A program made the translations under genes and the position numbers. The notes under the pieces were generated by a model. It saw nothing but the letters and a program-made list of their open reading frames with translations. It did not search any database and was not told where the DNA came from. From the NCBI GenBank assembly GCA_030141605.1, contig JAQGDQ010000091.1:606139-670138 (forward strand): DNA of 64,000 nucleotides, written 5' to 3'. Of this stretch, positions 39,381 through 54,719 are shown piece after piece. Source of the stretch: Tubiluchus corallicola. Taxonomy: Eukaryota > Animalia > Priapulida. How positions within the stretch are numbered: position 1 is the first letter of the stretch; every line of letters begins with the position of its first letter.

Positions 39381-41154
39381 GATAAGCGTAACAATCTACA
39401 AGTAGTGAGATGAGTTAACTACATTCGACCAGTATAGTCAGGTGTAAGCATGGTCACGTGGATTTAGATCAGAAATTCATTTAGTTTTGTATAGACCAGT
39501 AACTCCTTAAGCTTTATAAGAAACAGGGAAACATAGTTGTTCGCGTTTAAAATACAGCATTTTTCTTTTCTATGCCTGTATCGTTTTCAGTGTAATATCC
39601 TTTTTGTTTTAACGATATTAACAAAAAACTCCACCGAAAAAAATTGCTAATAGTTTTAGTAGATTCAATTCAGATAGAGTGAATTTTCCTGTTTTTCGAT
39701 TTTTTATGTTCACCTGAAAAAGAACTACAGTGGCAGTTCGAAACATTGTACCTTCCTTTCTGTTGCTTTGTATTTTTTAACTAAAGCACGTAACCATTAC
39801 TAATACACTTTTTTAGTCTTCTTATATTTGATTAGGCTTTGATGTTTTCTTTAGGTATTAAACTGCCAATGTTTTATGAACATTTGCTGAAATTTCGAGA
39901 TTAATCGATTTTAGGATTGTTTACCATTTCTTTTAGACGAAATGCATGTACGTATAACACGATTTACTGTTGTTTAAACAGCTGAATCTGCAAGCAGCAA
40001 ACATGTCAGAAAGCTGCAGCAAGTAACTTCGTCATATTGACAAAAATGTTAGAAATCTAATTTTTTCGATTTTCTTTTCACCTTTTCCTTTTCTGGTTTT
40101 GTGTGTTGTTTTTAAGGTCTGTAGCAAAGCGTGTAAGATATTTTAGGAATGTTGTTCACGGACACTGTTTACCCTCTCACTAGAACAAGCGAATTTCTCT
40201 CCTCGCCGTAGCGGTGAACAAGCGACCGGATTTTTGCTGATTTATAATTAGTGAAATTTGCAGGATGGATTTCTATGACACAGATCCACACAGTTGCCTA
40301 AAATCGCGATCATTTAAATATTGCGACATATAAGTCAAAGAAATTAATTTGCTTACATAATTTGTATTTCCATTCATAAGTAAAGTTGTTTAATGCTCGA
40401 TGCGATTCAGAATTGCAAAGCAACGGATTCGACTCTTTCTATTACGATTAAGATTGTATACTTAAAGTAAAATCGTTTACGAACAGAACTTTGTTTACAG
40501 TTTTAGATGATTGGTGGGCCAACTTGAGTTGAAAATATGTCAAAACTGAAAACGCTCTGAGATCTTACTTCCCTTGGCTGATCTTCCGATTAATGGCATC
40601 ACAACACGAAAAACAGAGTCTAGATGACTCCTAAACGCTTTCGAGACGGGTAAATCCGCGTCACTCATTAAAAGTATCTCGTCTGATTGCTTGTCGCCGC
40701 GCTTTCGTCAGATTTTGAAATTTTCCGATTATTGTACTGGCTTCTAGATGATGATAGAGTACGTTCAATTGAGGTCAGCTAAGATGATTGGCATGGATTT
40801 ACCCCGGCTTAATATGTGGCGACGAGCAAATTGAATCTGAACTATAGCTTTGGACTCTGTACTTCAATTTCAACGACTACGTGGTGTTCCTAAATATACA
40901 CGAATTCTCCACGTAAAGACAAAGACTAACTGCAGAGGATTAAAGCATTTTGAACTTGCGTCCAAGTTTTACATGTGACGGTTTATAACTGAATTGAAAA
41001 TTAGTTTGTAATTTAAAAAATGGTTTAAAAAATTGGCCTTTGGCATTTCGGTAGTCAAGATACGTAACTTTGATCGTAGGGTGCCGCCTGGGGCCAGATA
41101 AAATTTCGTGATTTACTTGGATTTGTTTCAGGCACTCAGTCTTCCAAATAGGCG

Positions 41155-41189
<35 letters not shown>

Positions 41190-41225
41190 CTCTCCCTCCC
41201 TCGCTCCCCCTCTCTCTATCTCTCA
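41155..41225. repeat. Imperfect (CT)n microsatellite
   Basis: Direct inspection. Confidence 0.9.
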
Positions 41226-43734
41226 CCCAATCATCCGGCAATCCTAATCCACCGACCTAGTCACTGATACTCATTAATACGTCATATGTTGTCTCTGTTA
41301 TGTGCTTGGTGTTCTTAGTACTCTGATACATAATAGTGACATTTTCCAACACTTTTCTACTATTTTATATTTTTCCACTTTAGTGTTTTGTGAGCTCGAT
41401 ATTTTGTTTTTAATGAGACATTGCATGTGCTTAAATTTGTTGTTTTGTGAAATTCAAAAACGCGTGCTTAGTACTACTTCGTTTTTGGAAATAGTTCGCA
41501 GTTGTGAACTGAGCTTTTTACTATGGAAGTTCTCATTAACACTTACGAAAAGCAGTAAAATGCTAAACGATATTTGCACCCTGTATTAGTATTAGTACGA
41601 TTTTTTTCATACACTTTGGGGGAAAACTGAAGACGTTTGTTAAATTTGTTTGCATAATTTTTTGTGTGTGTTTTACCTTTTTCTAATCATTTGGGAATAA
41701 GCATTGTCATAAGAACAACTAGAGTAGGCATTGAATACATTCCGTTAATATATTTTCTGCAATCATTTCATATTTACAAGATTATACATTTTTTAAACTT
41801 GTGTGGAAATAGTCACTTATAGGTTTACTTATTCAAATAATTAATGATCATGCCGCTCGCTAGATGGCGACGCAGACCAAGTGGCTTGAAGTAAAGCGAC
41901 TTCGTTTGTTCATAATCATTAGTTTCTGTTCGAGCACGTAAGATGACACAAAGCGCAATCAGAGTTGATGTTTTTGTCAACAATTAGAAGTTATTAAGTA
42001 AGTTTTTCGCTAACGCATTTCGTAAAAGATTCTATAGAAACTTAGAAACCAGAAATGGTTTTACTAACACGGAAAGACAACTTGAAGGACAAGTGAAAAT
42101 TACACACAGAGTGTCAATGTGCAAAAGCGCTGTACATATTTTATAAATGGCTTGGCGTCCTGGAGTTCCTTGGTCAGGTTCTAATAATACTAGTTTGATT
42201 ATTAAATCTGTGACTGTTTTACCACGACTTATTGTATAAAAGACGATTTTATGGTTGTAAGCATCAATCTAATAAACAACTCGGTAAACAGCAATTTTTA
42301 CTATAAAACTTATTTTTTATTTTAATGTACTGTTTTACTGTGCCGTGTGCTGTAGAATAATATTACTGAATTTACGTTTAAAATTTTTGAATAACCGTTT
42401 AGGTAAAGAATACATACAGAATTCCTCTTCTAGCGTAAAGAGCATATTTACATATTTTGGCTGTGTGTAATTGTTTAAATATTAAAATTCTCACATTTCA
42501 CAAACGTTATCTGTTACTTAATCATTGTCAGTCAAAACTATAATACCTAAATTTCATGAAACATGTTTGTTAACAGTTGAAATTAACTAAAATTTCTGAG
42601 TAGACCTTGCCTTATTTGGTGTATTACGTAGTGGGACGCGAGTCTAAAAACTTTATATTTGTCTTCGGGTATTCAACACTTTTCTTCGAAATTCATTAAT
42701 TTTTATAAATCTTACAGGCAAGCTAACGTTAATGATACATACATAAACTACAAAAGTATGAAACAGGCCCTGACCCGCCCTCTGACCTGAAGTCACTGTG
42801 GGCCAAAATTTATTTTGGCATCTTTTAATTTTATGGTTTTGGCCTTTGACTTTTTGAGACAAAAAACAATGAATTTCCAGTTCTGCCTGTGTGTGCCTGT
42901 GTTCCTGGCTGCTGCCTCTATTATATGATCTTAAAGAGGTCATTATGTGCAAACTTTGTACAGTCATACCGGTTTGTACAGAGCACATGCAGCCAAAATT
43001 ATTGAAACCTGACAGCCAAGAAATTATATACATAGGCTATTATAGAATAAAGCAGCATCGCTACGTTCCCTTTCGGCATACGTATCGGTAACCAACTACG
43101 CCGCTTCAAAAAGACTCTCCAACAAGGACTGTTTTTCAGTAGCTCATTGTAGAAACCCACACACAATTAACAAGTAATGCTCAGGCATTATTAAGCTTTT
43201 CTTTGGCTGACACAGCTCTAAAACTTGTGGACGTGTTACTATGACAACCATGTAATAACTTAACAAGTTTCTCTTTTCATCCACCTGCGCGACTCCGCCT
43301 ACATGGTTGCCAAAAATAAATCAGATAAAAAATCAAGTTGAGCAATTTACGGAGAAATTACATTGCTATCTAAACGAAACAATAGATTATTAATGATTAT
43401 AAAACGTTACTTGAAAAGCATGTTATTGAGAATACCAGCCTAATAATAAAAAAACCAGGTTAGCATTTAAACGTCAGTAAACCAGCGAGCACGATGCGGC
43501 TTCTGTGATCATATTTTACTCAGAAACGGAAATGCATTAAGACAACAGTGCTAGTTGAGCAGCACTTTCACAGCATGCCGTGAATTCGGAAGTGCTAATT
43601 AGGCTAACATGCAGAGTCTTGCTACAGAAAACATGACCATTGATAAGGAAATGTCCAATAAACATCACGTAAACTCAGGAAAATAGTAATTATACTGATT
43701 ATACTAAATTAAAAAGTTTGCTAAATTTTCCACC

Positions 43735-43805
43735 TCTACTGGGGCCCGAACCCAAGACCTTCTGCTTTCCAGACAGCTGTACTAATTATTACACCAAATC
43801 CTTCT
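43735..43805 (-). mobile_element. Degraded tRNA-like sequence, probably a tRNA-derived SINE head
   Basis: Minus strand aaggatttggtgtaataattagtacagctgtctggaaagcagaaggtcttgggttcgggcccc: decayed A box (tggtgtaat), anticodon-arm-like segment, B box-like ggttcgggccc; stems imperfect, so not a functional tRNA. Confidence 0.55.
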
Positions 43806-45976
43806 GGGCTTTTACTTTTAATCATAGATATTAATAAAGAGATCTTAATAATAGTGGAAATAACTCTGTTTTAAAAAGTGGAGATAATTAGAAAGGCATT
43901 GGCAGAATATTGACAAGAAAATGTTAATTTGTTATCTCTAACAAAGTGGTAATATTAATTGACCTTTACAAGGTCAATAAAAGTTTCACCTCTTTAATGA
44001 AATCATGATGTCAAGTTTTACGCTTGTAATAATTCCAGTGTAGTGCATCTTTTCTGGCACTAAGAACGAACAACATGTTTGTTTCTCAGCATGTTTTCGT
44101 TGTTACACAAGTTTGTTGACTTGCACAACAAAGCCTTTTTATATACTTCTAATGCATAGTTTATTACATCATTATAATGTTTATTGCTGAATTTCTGTAA
44201 CCACAAGAAGGTCTATAACCAGTTAATCCAGTTTTGTAGAATTACTTTTTTAAGATTAGGTGATTAGTGGGAGAGTGGATTATGGCAGTACCTCAGGAGT
44301 ATGTATCATTGAGTTTTTCTGTAGTTCCAGTGCATTATATGGAACATTGTCAAGTCTGCACTACTGTAATATATTCCATCTTTTCTTCTCCGCACCATTT
44401 TCATGGAAAATGAAATTCCAGGATCGACTTTCTTATACATCCTCTTCGAATCTGCAAAAGCTAATCAAACATACCGAAGTGACTTATCGTCGGTTCCCTT
44501 GGGCATGAGCCCATTGAAAAATTTTCATCTAACAGATCTCATGCAACATCCATCTTCATCAGAAAAGTGATAGAAAAGATCATGCTCGTTTTGGAAAAGA
44601 GTTACGACTGCTCCATTCAATAAGGAGGTCTTTCCTAGTCTCCAACATGCTGAACTTCTCCAGTAAACCGTGTCATAGCTTCTGTATCAAAGCCTATTTA
44701 ATCACGATTACTCTTATATATTTGCAATGTTAGTGTGCATAATATTCTTTGTGATTTCTAAAGAAATAATATGTGAGACTCAAGTACAGACATTCATTAG
44801 CCTGTTGGCTTTACAAAATTAAAAAATGTGTTATGAAGTCCAACACGCAATTCAGAGTAAATTTTGGAAAATGGTGATCATTTTGGTAACCAGTGTTGGT
44901 AAAAGTGCTTGAGGAAAAACCCTTTTAAAAACGTCTGTGAAGTTTTTTATACATTTTGGCGCACAGTAAACTAAAATCTAGCATTCAAGGGGCAACTCTA
45001 ACCTGCTCAACGAGGAGTCTGTCACAAACGATGATGTTTGTGGCAAGACCAGAACTTCTCTCGTTATCAAGGCAAGCTACTGAAAACAAGATTATAGTTG
45101 GCTTGTACTTGCTGGAATCTAATTTCCTAATTAAATTTGGCTGTAATTGTTCTCTTGGTGGTGGTTCTTCGTTGTTGTTTAATGATGATTGTGAAATTTG
45201 TATTCCTGTAAAATTATGTTATGGTTCAAGACAATGTTACGTTAAATGTGTTGACCGTGAACGTATGTACGTTTTGTTTGAGCAGCTATAGTTGAATGAC
45301 AAGAATTGACAACGCGACAGCTTCATAAGTTCTAAAAATTTGTTTTTCATTCAATCAATCATCGTTATCGATATTTTCATAAAAATGTCGGAGTACAGCG
45401 ACGTTCAGAATTTCAATTTTTCAGTCCTCGCCAAAAGAGTTAAATTAAATACGCAGTTAATATTGCAGTTTAATAAAAGCAGCCCTGGCGAAGAAAATTC
45501 TGTTTACGTATTGCTAATGAAAAAGTGCTGACTAGAGCCGGTGTTTATTTCTAAAATTTACTCCCAAATAACGTTTTGCGAGGATGCTAACGAGTTTTGC
45601 GGTGTCGCCGTCAGGCAGAGTAATAATACTGACGAGCACATTACGCTAGCAATTACGCACTGTGATTGCTCTTCCTCATAATTTTATCTCTGTAATTCTC
45701 AGACGTAGCTTTAATAAATACCCTGTTAGGCTTAACTCGAGCAACACACCCACGTGATGCACATAGACTCGAAAATCAAATTGCTGCCAGGCAAACAACC
45801 AAATAACTTCGTGAGTTCATTTGCAGGATACTCAAGATAAACTATGGTTAATATTCGCTATTATACAGATATGGTAGATTCAGAAATTATAGTTTTGCAC
45901 TCAGCAACTGTATCAGAACAGTGGCTTTGTTACGGTCTTATGAGGCGAAAATAGAAGGCAGCATCGGCATGAATGT

Positions 45977-46510
45977 AATTCAGTTCAGTTCAATTCTATT
46001 CACCTTTTATTCAGCGTACAAATTACCATAAAGGGGGCTAAACACAAGAAAACTTACTGAGTGTATTAATTGTGTCATAAAACTTATTACATACTAACTA
46101 TGCACACCAGACAAATGAAGCACACGCAGAAAAAATATTTTTGATTCAGGGTTATTTTGCTAAAAATGTTTTCACATTGTACAATTCTAATAAAAAGACT
46201 AAAATATCATTTGCATCATATGTACATGAAATGCGAAAGAGATAAACTTGCGTTGTGCGCTAATGCAACTAATCATTTATAATTTTTTAAAGATCATTTT
46301 CTCAGATTACTAATACATAAATTTCGTTATCTCTGTTAACCCCATGAAACATGTCTTCACAGAGATCCAAGCGTTTTAAACACTTTCTGTAAAGTTTAAT
46401 TCCTTTCTCAAAACGTTCAAAACGCTGCATAACTGCATTTTAAAACGCTAAGTCACTGAAATGAAGAACATGAAATGAAAGGCACCTAGTATTGAGACAC
46501 AGTGTAATGG
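45977..46510 (-). mobile_element. Probable degraded LINE 3' end with (TGAAC)n tail
   Basis: Minus strand ends ...gctgaataaaaggtgaatagaattgaactgaactgaa (AATAAA followed by a short tandem tail, typical of LINE 3' ends); upstream coding signal is weak. Confidence 0.4.
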
Positions 46511-47313
46511 TTAAATAATATTTTCTTGTTCTTTTTCCTTCCTTATCCAGCGTTATTACATTAATGCTTTAGCTGCATACTCTCACTATTCTTGCAGTAC
46601 AATTTATTGGTCTTCTGGTACAGCAATAATCTTGAGTGAGCTGAGATGGATTTGTTTTCTACTCGCTGTCTTTATGAGGGTTATTTGCATTTGCGTGTCC
46701 AATTTCTCCAAGACTTTTCGATTTTCTCAATTCTCGGGCGAATTGTTTTAATGCTGGTGAATTTACTGCCGATAACTTCAGTCCTCTCACCCATACGTTC
46801 GTATTTGCTCTTAATATCTATTATAGGGGGAGGAAGAATCTGTCTTTTAAGACTGTTGTTCGCTCGCCATTAAAAATTTAAACCAGCGGCAGTAATTTGT
46901 GTTTCATCTGAGTATTACTAGTTTACAAGCTAGTTAAAGTTCTTCTAGTTTATCTGACGGTTTATTTGACGGTAGGCTGAAAACTCTTCTTTGAAATTTT
47001 TAGTATAAATGTATGACTGACTGAATAAATTACTGAATAAATGAATGTGAATGAATGAATGAAGATGAAAATCTGTATTGAGATTTGAAGAAAACAATGA
47101 CCCATTATTTAAGATGGAGACTCGTGTACGCTAATGAATGAACGAACGAGCAAACGAACCAATGAATGATAAACTGAATAAATGGATAAATAAATGAATG
47201 GCGAGTGGAAAGACAGTCGTGCAAATTCTCGAACTAATGGGCAAACGCGTCGGTAGCTCGGTAGACAGACGAATTGATAGATAAATCTTTCCTATCCATT
47301 AGGAACGAACAAA

Positions 47314-47620
47314 CATAGGCGTACGAACCGGGGGGTCGGGGGCGTGAGGCTGCAGCCCCCCCCCCCCCATCGATTCGGGTAAATACATTTTTTGGGATAT
47401 CACCAATTTTTCGGGCACCGGCCAAATGATGAAAAAATAATAATATAATATTTTTCTTAAGAAGCAATCTCGAAGTATGGCACCAAACGAAGTGCCCGAA
47501 ATCCCGATTTTTTGCACACGGGGTGGGGTGAGGGAATTCCCGATTCGAAGTTGATCCTGAATTTTTCGGGCAAAAGTGGGTCAGTCCCCCTCCGTGGAAA
47601 AGTCGGCCCATACGCCTATG
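47314..47620. mobile_element. hAT-type MITE
   Basis: TIR cataggcgta...tacgcctatg; 8 bp TSD cgaacaaa (47306-47313) / cgaataaa (47621-47628); GC-rich termini; inserted in a degenerate (GAAT)n tract. Confidence 0.88.
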
Positions 47621-48251
47621 CGAATAAATGAATTAATATAAAACGAATAAATGAATGAAATAGTGGGAACGCTAAGCGTGTAGTTTTGAAAAAACTGAGC
47701 AGATTGGAACTATTAAACAGCATTTATATCAACTAAATCAACAGATATTAATTCAGAAATTATTTAGTTACGAGCAATTGTCTTGTAAGTCTTGCTAAGG
47801 CCTGCTTACCGAGATCTTAACTGAAACTCACACAAGTACCATATCATGTAAAATTTGTTGATAGATAGATGGGTATTTTTAAAACAAATTTCAGTTTTAT
47901 GAGTATATGAAATTGCTGTTTGAAATTGAATGTGCGAAGTTCAAACTTTACGCAGACATTGCTACAGAAATGAGTACTGCAGATACCAAATAGAGTGAAA
48001 AACATCAACTAAAACACTAATCTGTGGATAATATAACTAAAAAATTTAAAACTAACGCTGTAAGACGAGCTACCACAGAAGCCTGCAACTACTAAACAGC
48101 ACAATAAACTTCTTTAAATTAGCATTACCATTAATACAATTCTTACTATTAATCTGTCTCGTTGGCATATTTAACTTCTTTTTGCTTCAGTTATTGCGCA
48201 ATCTGTAAGATGCAAATTTTAACACTGGCCTCGGGGCGGTATTCTGACAAC

Positions 48252-48458
48252 AAATGAAATTACAAAAATTTGCACATTTTCATTTTCGGTACGTATTTCG
48301 AAAATTAGTACACAAAATTATTTAAATGTTGCCGTGTTCATGTTGACAAATATCAAAATGAAATCACAAAAACTTGCATATTTCATTTTCGGTACGTATA
48401 TTGAAAATTAGTACACAAAATTATTTAAATGTTGCCGTGTTCATGTTGACAAATATCA
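48252..48458. repeat. Tandem duplication of a ~103 bp unit
   Basis: aaatgaaat.acaaaa...cattttcggtacgtat...gttgccgtgttcatgttgacaaatatca occurs twice head-to-tail. Confidence 0.92.
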
Positions 48459-50499
48459 GGGGTGCGTGCAAGAATAAGCATGTTTCACCTATGATCTGCA
48501 CGGAACTCTAAAGAGAGTCCAACCTAAGTATCGGTTATTTGGTAGTGAACATTTGGAGCCTCCAGCATTGCGTCGCGATGGAAGATTTTCCACTTATCCA
48601 TCAGGGATAATCCGAAGGTGCGGAAATTCTCCGAAGTGGGTATATCGAGCCAGGTGTCAGCTGCGCAAGCTCACAACTTCAATTTAGTCCAGAAAAAATA
48701 TAAAGCCAGCGTAAAGTAATAGAAGTTTTCTGTCACTCTATTCACATCTAAACGACAACCTTCAGCATACAGTTGTGAACAAGACGAAGCCATCCAAATT
48801 AATATCCAAGTACACAAGACTTCTAATGCTTTCTTGTCCGCACTTCTACAGAGCTTCCACGCAACTAAGAAGGAATGTAAATGGAAAGATAAGGACCGAC
48901 TGCCAACCAATAGTTAAAAATGCAACTGACAAAAAAAGAATTGTGAACGTGGAAAAACAACTTTTACTAATAACTTTAAAAACTAAAAAATATTAAAATC
49001 AGCCTAATTTATATTAAAATATAAAACTGTAAAATTGTTTGCTGCTTGTAGATGCAATGTGCAGTGTAAATGTTTGTCGTGATTTTAATATTGTTATGCT
49101 CTAAAGTTCTTAATGAATATTTTTCCTGTCGCGCTGGAGTGCCTGTACCAAAAGCAGTATTTTTAGGACTAATTTAAGTAGTGATGTTAAGTGCCTCTTA
49201 ATATTCTTCCTATGCGAAGTTGTAATTAATGTAAAAAAGGAAAATTATTTTTACCACTAAAGATTTCAATAGGTGGTGGAAATTATTAAATTAAAGAAAA
49301 AAATAGATTTTTAAACAGTTGCCCTACATCTACATGTAAAATGGTGAAATACAACAGCCAACCGATTACTGTGAAATTTAAAAGCTCAATCTTTAAAGAT
49401 CCTTCAGAACAAAATAGCAGTAAAATAGGCAATGGGTAAAACGATTCCCAAATATCAGATGTGAAGTGAATTAGAAATCAATTTGTGTTTTATTTAATTT
49501 TTTGGTCTCTCTAACCTTACCATCTAACTACTACCCGTTTGGACCTATGTGTTGGCTAATAATGCTGATACATGCATAGTTACTTAAACATCGCTGAAAC
49601 CAAAAGATGAAAAAATATAATGGTATTCGGGCCCATCTAAACCATGGATACCGGTTTTTTGATACTCCTTGTCAGCATCGTGTTCAAGGAAATACTGGGA
49701 TATTGCGGCATTCAAGTATCTCCGTCACTCTTTTGGATTCTGATGAAAAGTCATTTAAATCATTATTTTCTGGAGATTTCGACGTGCAGGACAAAAGCAG
49801 CGACTCTGTCTCCATTAAATTTAAGGAATTTTTATCGGCATATAGTGTTAAATATTTATTGTTTCTACTCATGAATTTTACTTTAATAATAAATCATGAA
49901 TAATACTTTAGGTCTCGTTACTACTCACTTTTACAATGTGGATTAATTTAGTAATATTCGGCAAAGTTCATTTCTTTTATACCATGCCTTTATTCAGTGT
50001 CAATTATTTGAGTCTATGCCTACCTAACCTGAAAATGAGGTACACTAAATTTTGAAAATTTGGTGGAATTCGTACGGATGACCTTTTTAATGACATTACG
50101 GTTTTAGTAAACTGAGACTCATTAAATCAGCAGGATAATTAAAATGAATTAGTTGATGCCTATGAGAACGGCTGTTTTGATTAAGCATGTTCCATTGTTA
50201 ACTAAAAAAATGTTGTTCGTCCAACTGTTCCGTGATGCGCCAGTGAACTCGAAAATTTGGCTTATGACATAAAAATTGTTTTTTTCATCTAGTTTTGATA
50301 AATACATGGCAGACAACTTACAAATTATTTTGGCGAAGAAAATTATGCGATACGAAATATTCGTCACATTTTAATACTAAAGACTTTTCTGAAATCTCTT
50401 GTCCATAGTTGAGCAATTTTCCAATTGATTAATGATAAGTGTTTAATACTGTCATGAGAAAACTGTGACCTGCTTCTTGTTTTATTTTTTCAATAATTT

Positions 50500-52007
50500 A
50501 GTTAAAGCTAATACTGATTTTTACTGCCTTTGATAGCAAAAATAGTTCTTTGTGTACAGTCTGGTACCTTTCCACATCGGTGGAGGGAATCAATTGTTAT
50601 TTCACTAATAAAGAAATCTAGTTTGACTCCTGTTAACAAGAACTATCGTTCCACGTCAAATTTAAAGTTTTTTTCTAAAATTACTAAGAAGGCTGCTCTA
50701 CTGAATGTAGTTCCTAGTTAAGGAATAAATTTTTACTTCCTTCCCGTTAGTCTGGTTATCGAAAAAAATCACAAAACTGAAACTGCCCTTATCAAAGTGT
50801 TCTAATGATCTTCTGTTATCCATGGATAAACAGGAGGTCTCTCTTTTAATTTCAATAGATCTGTCTGCTACCTTCAACATTGTCGACAATGACGTTAGAG
50901 AGTACTAAGAAATTGAATTGGTATCATTGATGCTCCAAATAATTGGTTTGCATCTTATCTCAGTTCAAGCATTCATAAGTTTATGATTGCAAATACTTTG
51001 TCAGAGGCAGCAGACCTAATATCAGGGGTTCCTCAATGAACGTGCGTTGGTCCTATTTTGTTCACAGTTTAGGCATAATTTATCAGTAAAGGGCTATGCA
51101 AATGAGTATACTTTGTATTATTCCACATCTCCTCGAATCTGTCAATCTGTTGATAACGCTGTTTGTCATTTGGAAATATTGATATTAAAAACTGGATGGG
51201 CAGAACAGACAAAAAATGAATGACATCAAAACGGTGGCTATTATTATAGGATCTAAGTTGGATGAAAAGAATTCCCAGTTGTTTATCCAAAGACTTAGCT
51301 ATTTCATTAATTTGTACAATGGTTCTATCTCATTTAGAATTTAGCAATGTTGTACTTTTTGATTTTCAGCCACAATCCTGAAACTTATGCAAACTGTTCA
51401 AAACATGGCGGCTATCTTAAAATATCAAAATATGATTATATAACTCCATATGGTCAGGAAGCATTTGATTGCATTGGATACAAATGAAATAGCCTATAGA
51501 GTTTAAAATTGCTGTTTAAAAATCACCATCATATTTGACAGAATGTTCGAATTTATTATATGAACATATACTTTAAGATCTGTTGACAATCTGCATTTTA
51601 AAATACCGAAAACTAGGCGCGTAACATTTGGGGATTTAAGGCCTTCAGTGTTTATGGAGCTGGTTTATAAAACCAGTTGTCTATGTGTCTAAAACAGTTG
51701 CTACAAATGTTAAAGAAACTTTTAGAAACTTTTAAAGACTTGCCCGTTTTTAGTAAGCTTTTTACAGCTATTAGCTTACTAATACTATATGCCTATGTCG
51801 CAACTAACGATCAACACAAACTTAGGTCTACGATTTCATGCTAATACTCTTTTATTTTGTTAACGTGATTTTTATTCGTGATTTTTCGTAATATTTTACA
51901 GTAAATTTTAATATGATTTTTAATGTGTCATTCATTTTATTATGTAAAGCACAATTGACACTATTGCTAGGTATTGTAGTAAGTGCTTATAAACAATAAA
52001 CAATAAA

Positions 52008-52010
<3 letters not shown>
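50500..52010 (+). mobile_element. Degraded L2-clade LINE (RT to 3' end), running into a (CTA)n tail
   Basis: FPHRWRESIVISLIKKSSL..VNKNYRSTSNLKFFSKI; TETALIKVSNDLLLSMDKQEVSLLISIDLSATFNIVDN (L2 hallmark); GVPQ*..GPILFTV; 3' LHW...IEFKI, YTLRS, AFSVYG...NQL; ends taaacaataaacaataaa then tactact. Confidence 0.9.
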
Positions 52011-52590
<580 letters not shown>

Positions 52591-54019
52591 TAATAAAAAC
52601 TGTCAAAAGGGGTGAATCAGCGTCCATGTGTAATTAACTTTTAGCTCTTTGGTAGTCGAAAATATAGGTTCTAATTATAAGCAGGCACCTACAACATCAC
52701 GTGTTGTAATGTTTTCTCACCGTTTGTACGTTCCAAACATTTCACTTAGAAATGTCTTACAAACTATGGAATCACCTCCTGTTACGTGCTTTAGTTCACA
52801 TTCCTGCCAAGTTCTGTGATTACACCAAGTCATTACTGCAGCTGGCATTTGATAATGAGACCTACAATGAGACATTCAAAGAAGCAACAAAATGTCAAAA
52901 AACGCCACCGCTTTTGATTAGCGAATTGCTTTGTAACGTTTTGGCTGACCGATGCGTATGTGTCAGTGCGCATGCGCGACGCATGAAGGCTCAATTCATT
53001 TGCGAAGCCATCCGTTGAGAATATTGGACAAATGTGCGGTAGTAACCTTATCTTTTTCCACAAAACATGTTGTGTATTATTATTGATGAGTTCTTTCAAT
53101 ACATTAATAATCGTTATCGACACTGATTCATTTGACTCGCTTGTTTAGGATATTAACTCATGTGTGTTTTTAGTGTATAAGCGAAGGTAAAATGAAAATC
53201 TGATCTCTTCCTGCTTACGTAATATGTTTCGGTAAATCAAATCCGTCTTCACAAAAACCGCTTTAGAAGCTATATCAGTGATGACAGAGCATCTGCTGAT
53301 ACCTTCTGCATCCTTACTGACGTATTCCCGTCTATGAATGGATAAAACAATCAGCAATCTCGGATAATTTTGCTAAGGCAATTTAGCTCACATGTGATCA
53401 GGATTCTCTAAATAGTGTTAATTAATCGTCGTTCTGTGCGCTGAAGGTTCAACTTCAAGAAACTGAGCAGTTGCTTTGAAAGAGAGGCTGTAAATCTGTA
53501 ATGGTTTTTCATCATTTTGGTGATGCTATGGTTAGATAAACCACGGATTTGTCGATTTCTGTGTCGTTCCGTTATGGATCGCAGTCATTTATAAAACACC
53601 AATGCGGGATATATACATAGACGTGTGTCTACTTAGAGAGTAATGGTATTTGGTGCTACTTTCATTTGAAAAAACACGCACGCCGTAATTTATCATCCAC
53701 TTTAGATCTTAACAGCCTTCCTTAATGTTTTTTTATTTCACTACTTTGACACTAAACTCAATGGTCCTTTTGTGTTAGTTGTATTATTATCCCACCAGGG
53801 TTTGTCATGCTCAGTTTTTGTTGCGACATTTTTCGAAGCAGCTCTTGTATTACGAAATGTTTTTCTGCAAGTGAAAATAGCATAACCTCTTTAATATTTG
53901 TATATGCTAACTTTTTTCTTTACGGTGTAGGTAGGCAGTCCTGATGTTCTACCAAGGTAGGAAAAACTCAAAGTAACGTTATAAGAAAGTGCAGAAATTG
54001 TTAAAAAATGATATTTGGC

Positions 54020-54058
54020 GATGATGATGATAATGATGATGTCAATGGTGATGATGAT

Positions 54059-54122
<64 letters not shown>
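54020..54122. repeat. (GAT)n microsatellite
   Basis: Direct inspection. Confidence 0.95.
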
Positions 54123-54123
<1 letters not shown>

Positions 54124-54719
54124 GCAACCTGTATTTAATTTCCTGACGTCTGTACATTATCATCTGCAATTAATTATGCAGAGCACACTTATTATGCTTG
54201 ACGCGTCAGCATTTCTGTATAGTTTTCTCGTGAATTCGCCCGTAATAAGCAATCCAATTATAACGTGTGAAATGCTGGCCAGATAAAATCAATTACCGTA
54301 ATAGCTAGTGGGGAGTCTTTTTAATGTGTGTTATTTAATTATGTGCATTCAGGAATTATGACGGGTGTAAACAGGAAAATACGATACGTTGTGTGAGCCC
54401 ATGATTATGTTAAAAGGTGCAAAGTTTGATTTCGAACATGATATTTGGTCTTGTTATTCGCAGTATCGATTGTAACAGTCGCAACCGACTGCCTCTACCG
54501 TATTCTAGATGCACGCTATGCCTACCTGGAATAAATGTCAACAATAATATAAGCTGACTGATCTCATTAGTGATATTAATATAATCAAGCCGCATTTGTG
54601 ACATAACAATTAAATTAATAATCTTCGCTAACTATAATCCGGCTTCATCCGTGAAAGACCTCATTCGTACATGAGGTTATATGGACAGACTTGTTGGACT
54701 TTCACGAACTACATGACTG

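Noticed and set aside
44230-44700. Possible very degraded Tc1-like transposase on the minus strand (FSDE-like, DNVPY and SPNL-like fragments)
   Set aside because: Motifs too decayed and frameshifted to call by eye; needs a translated HMM search.
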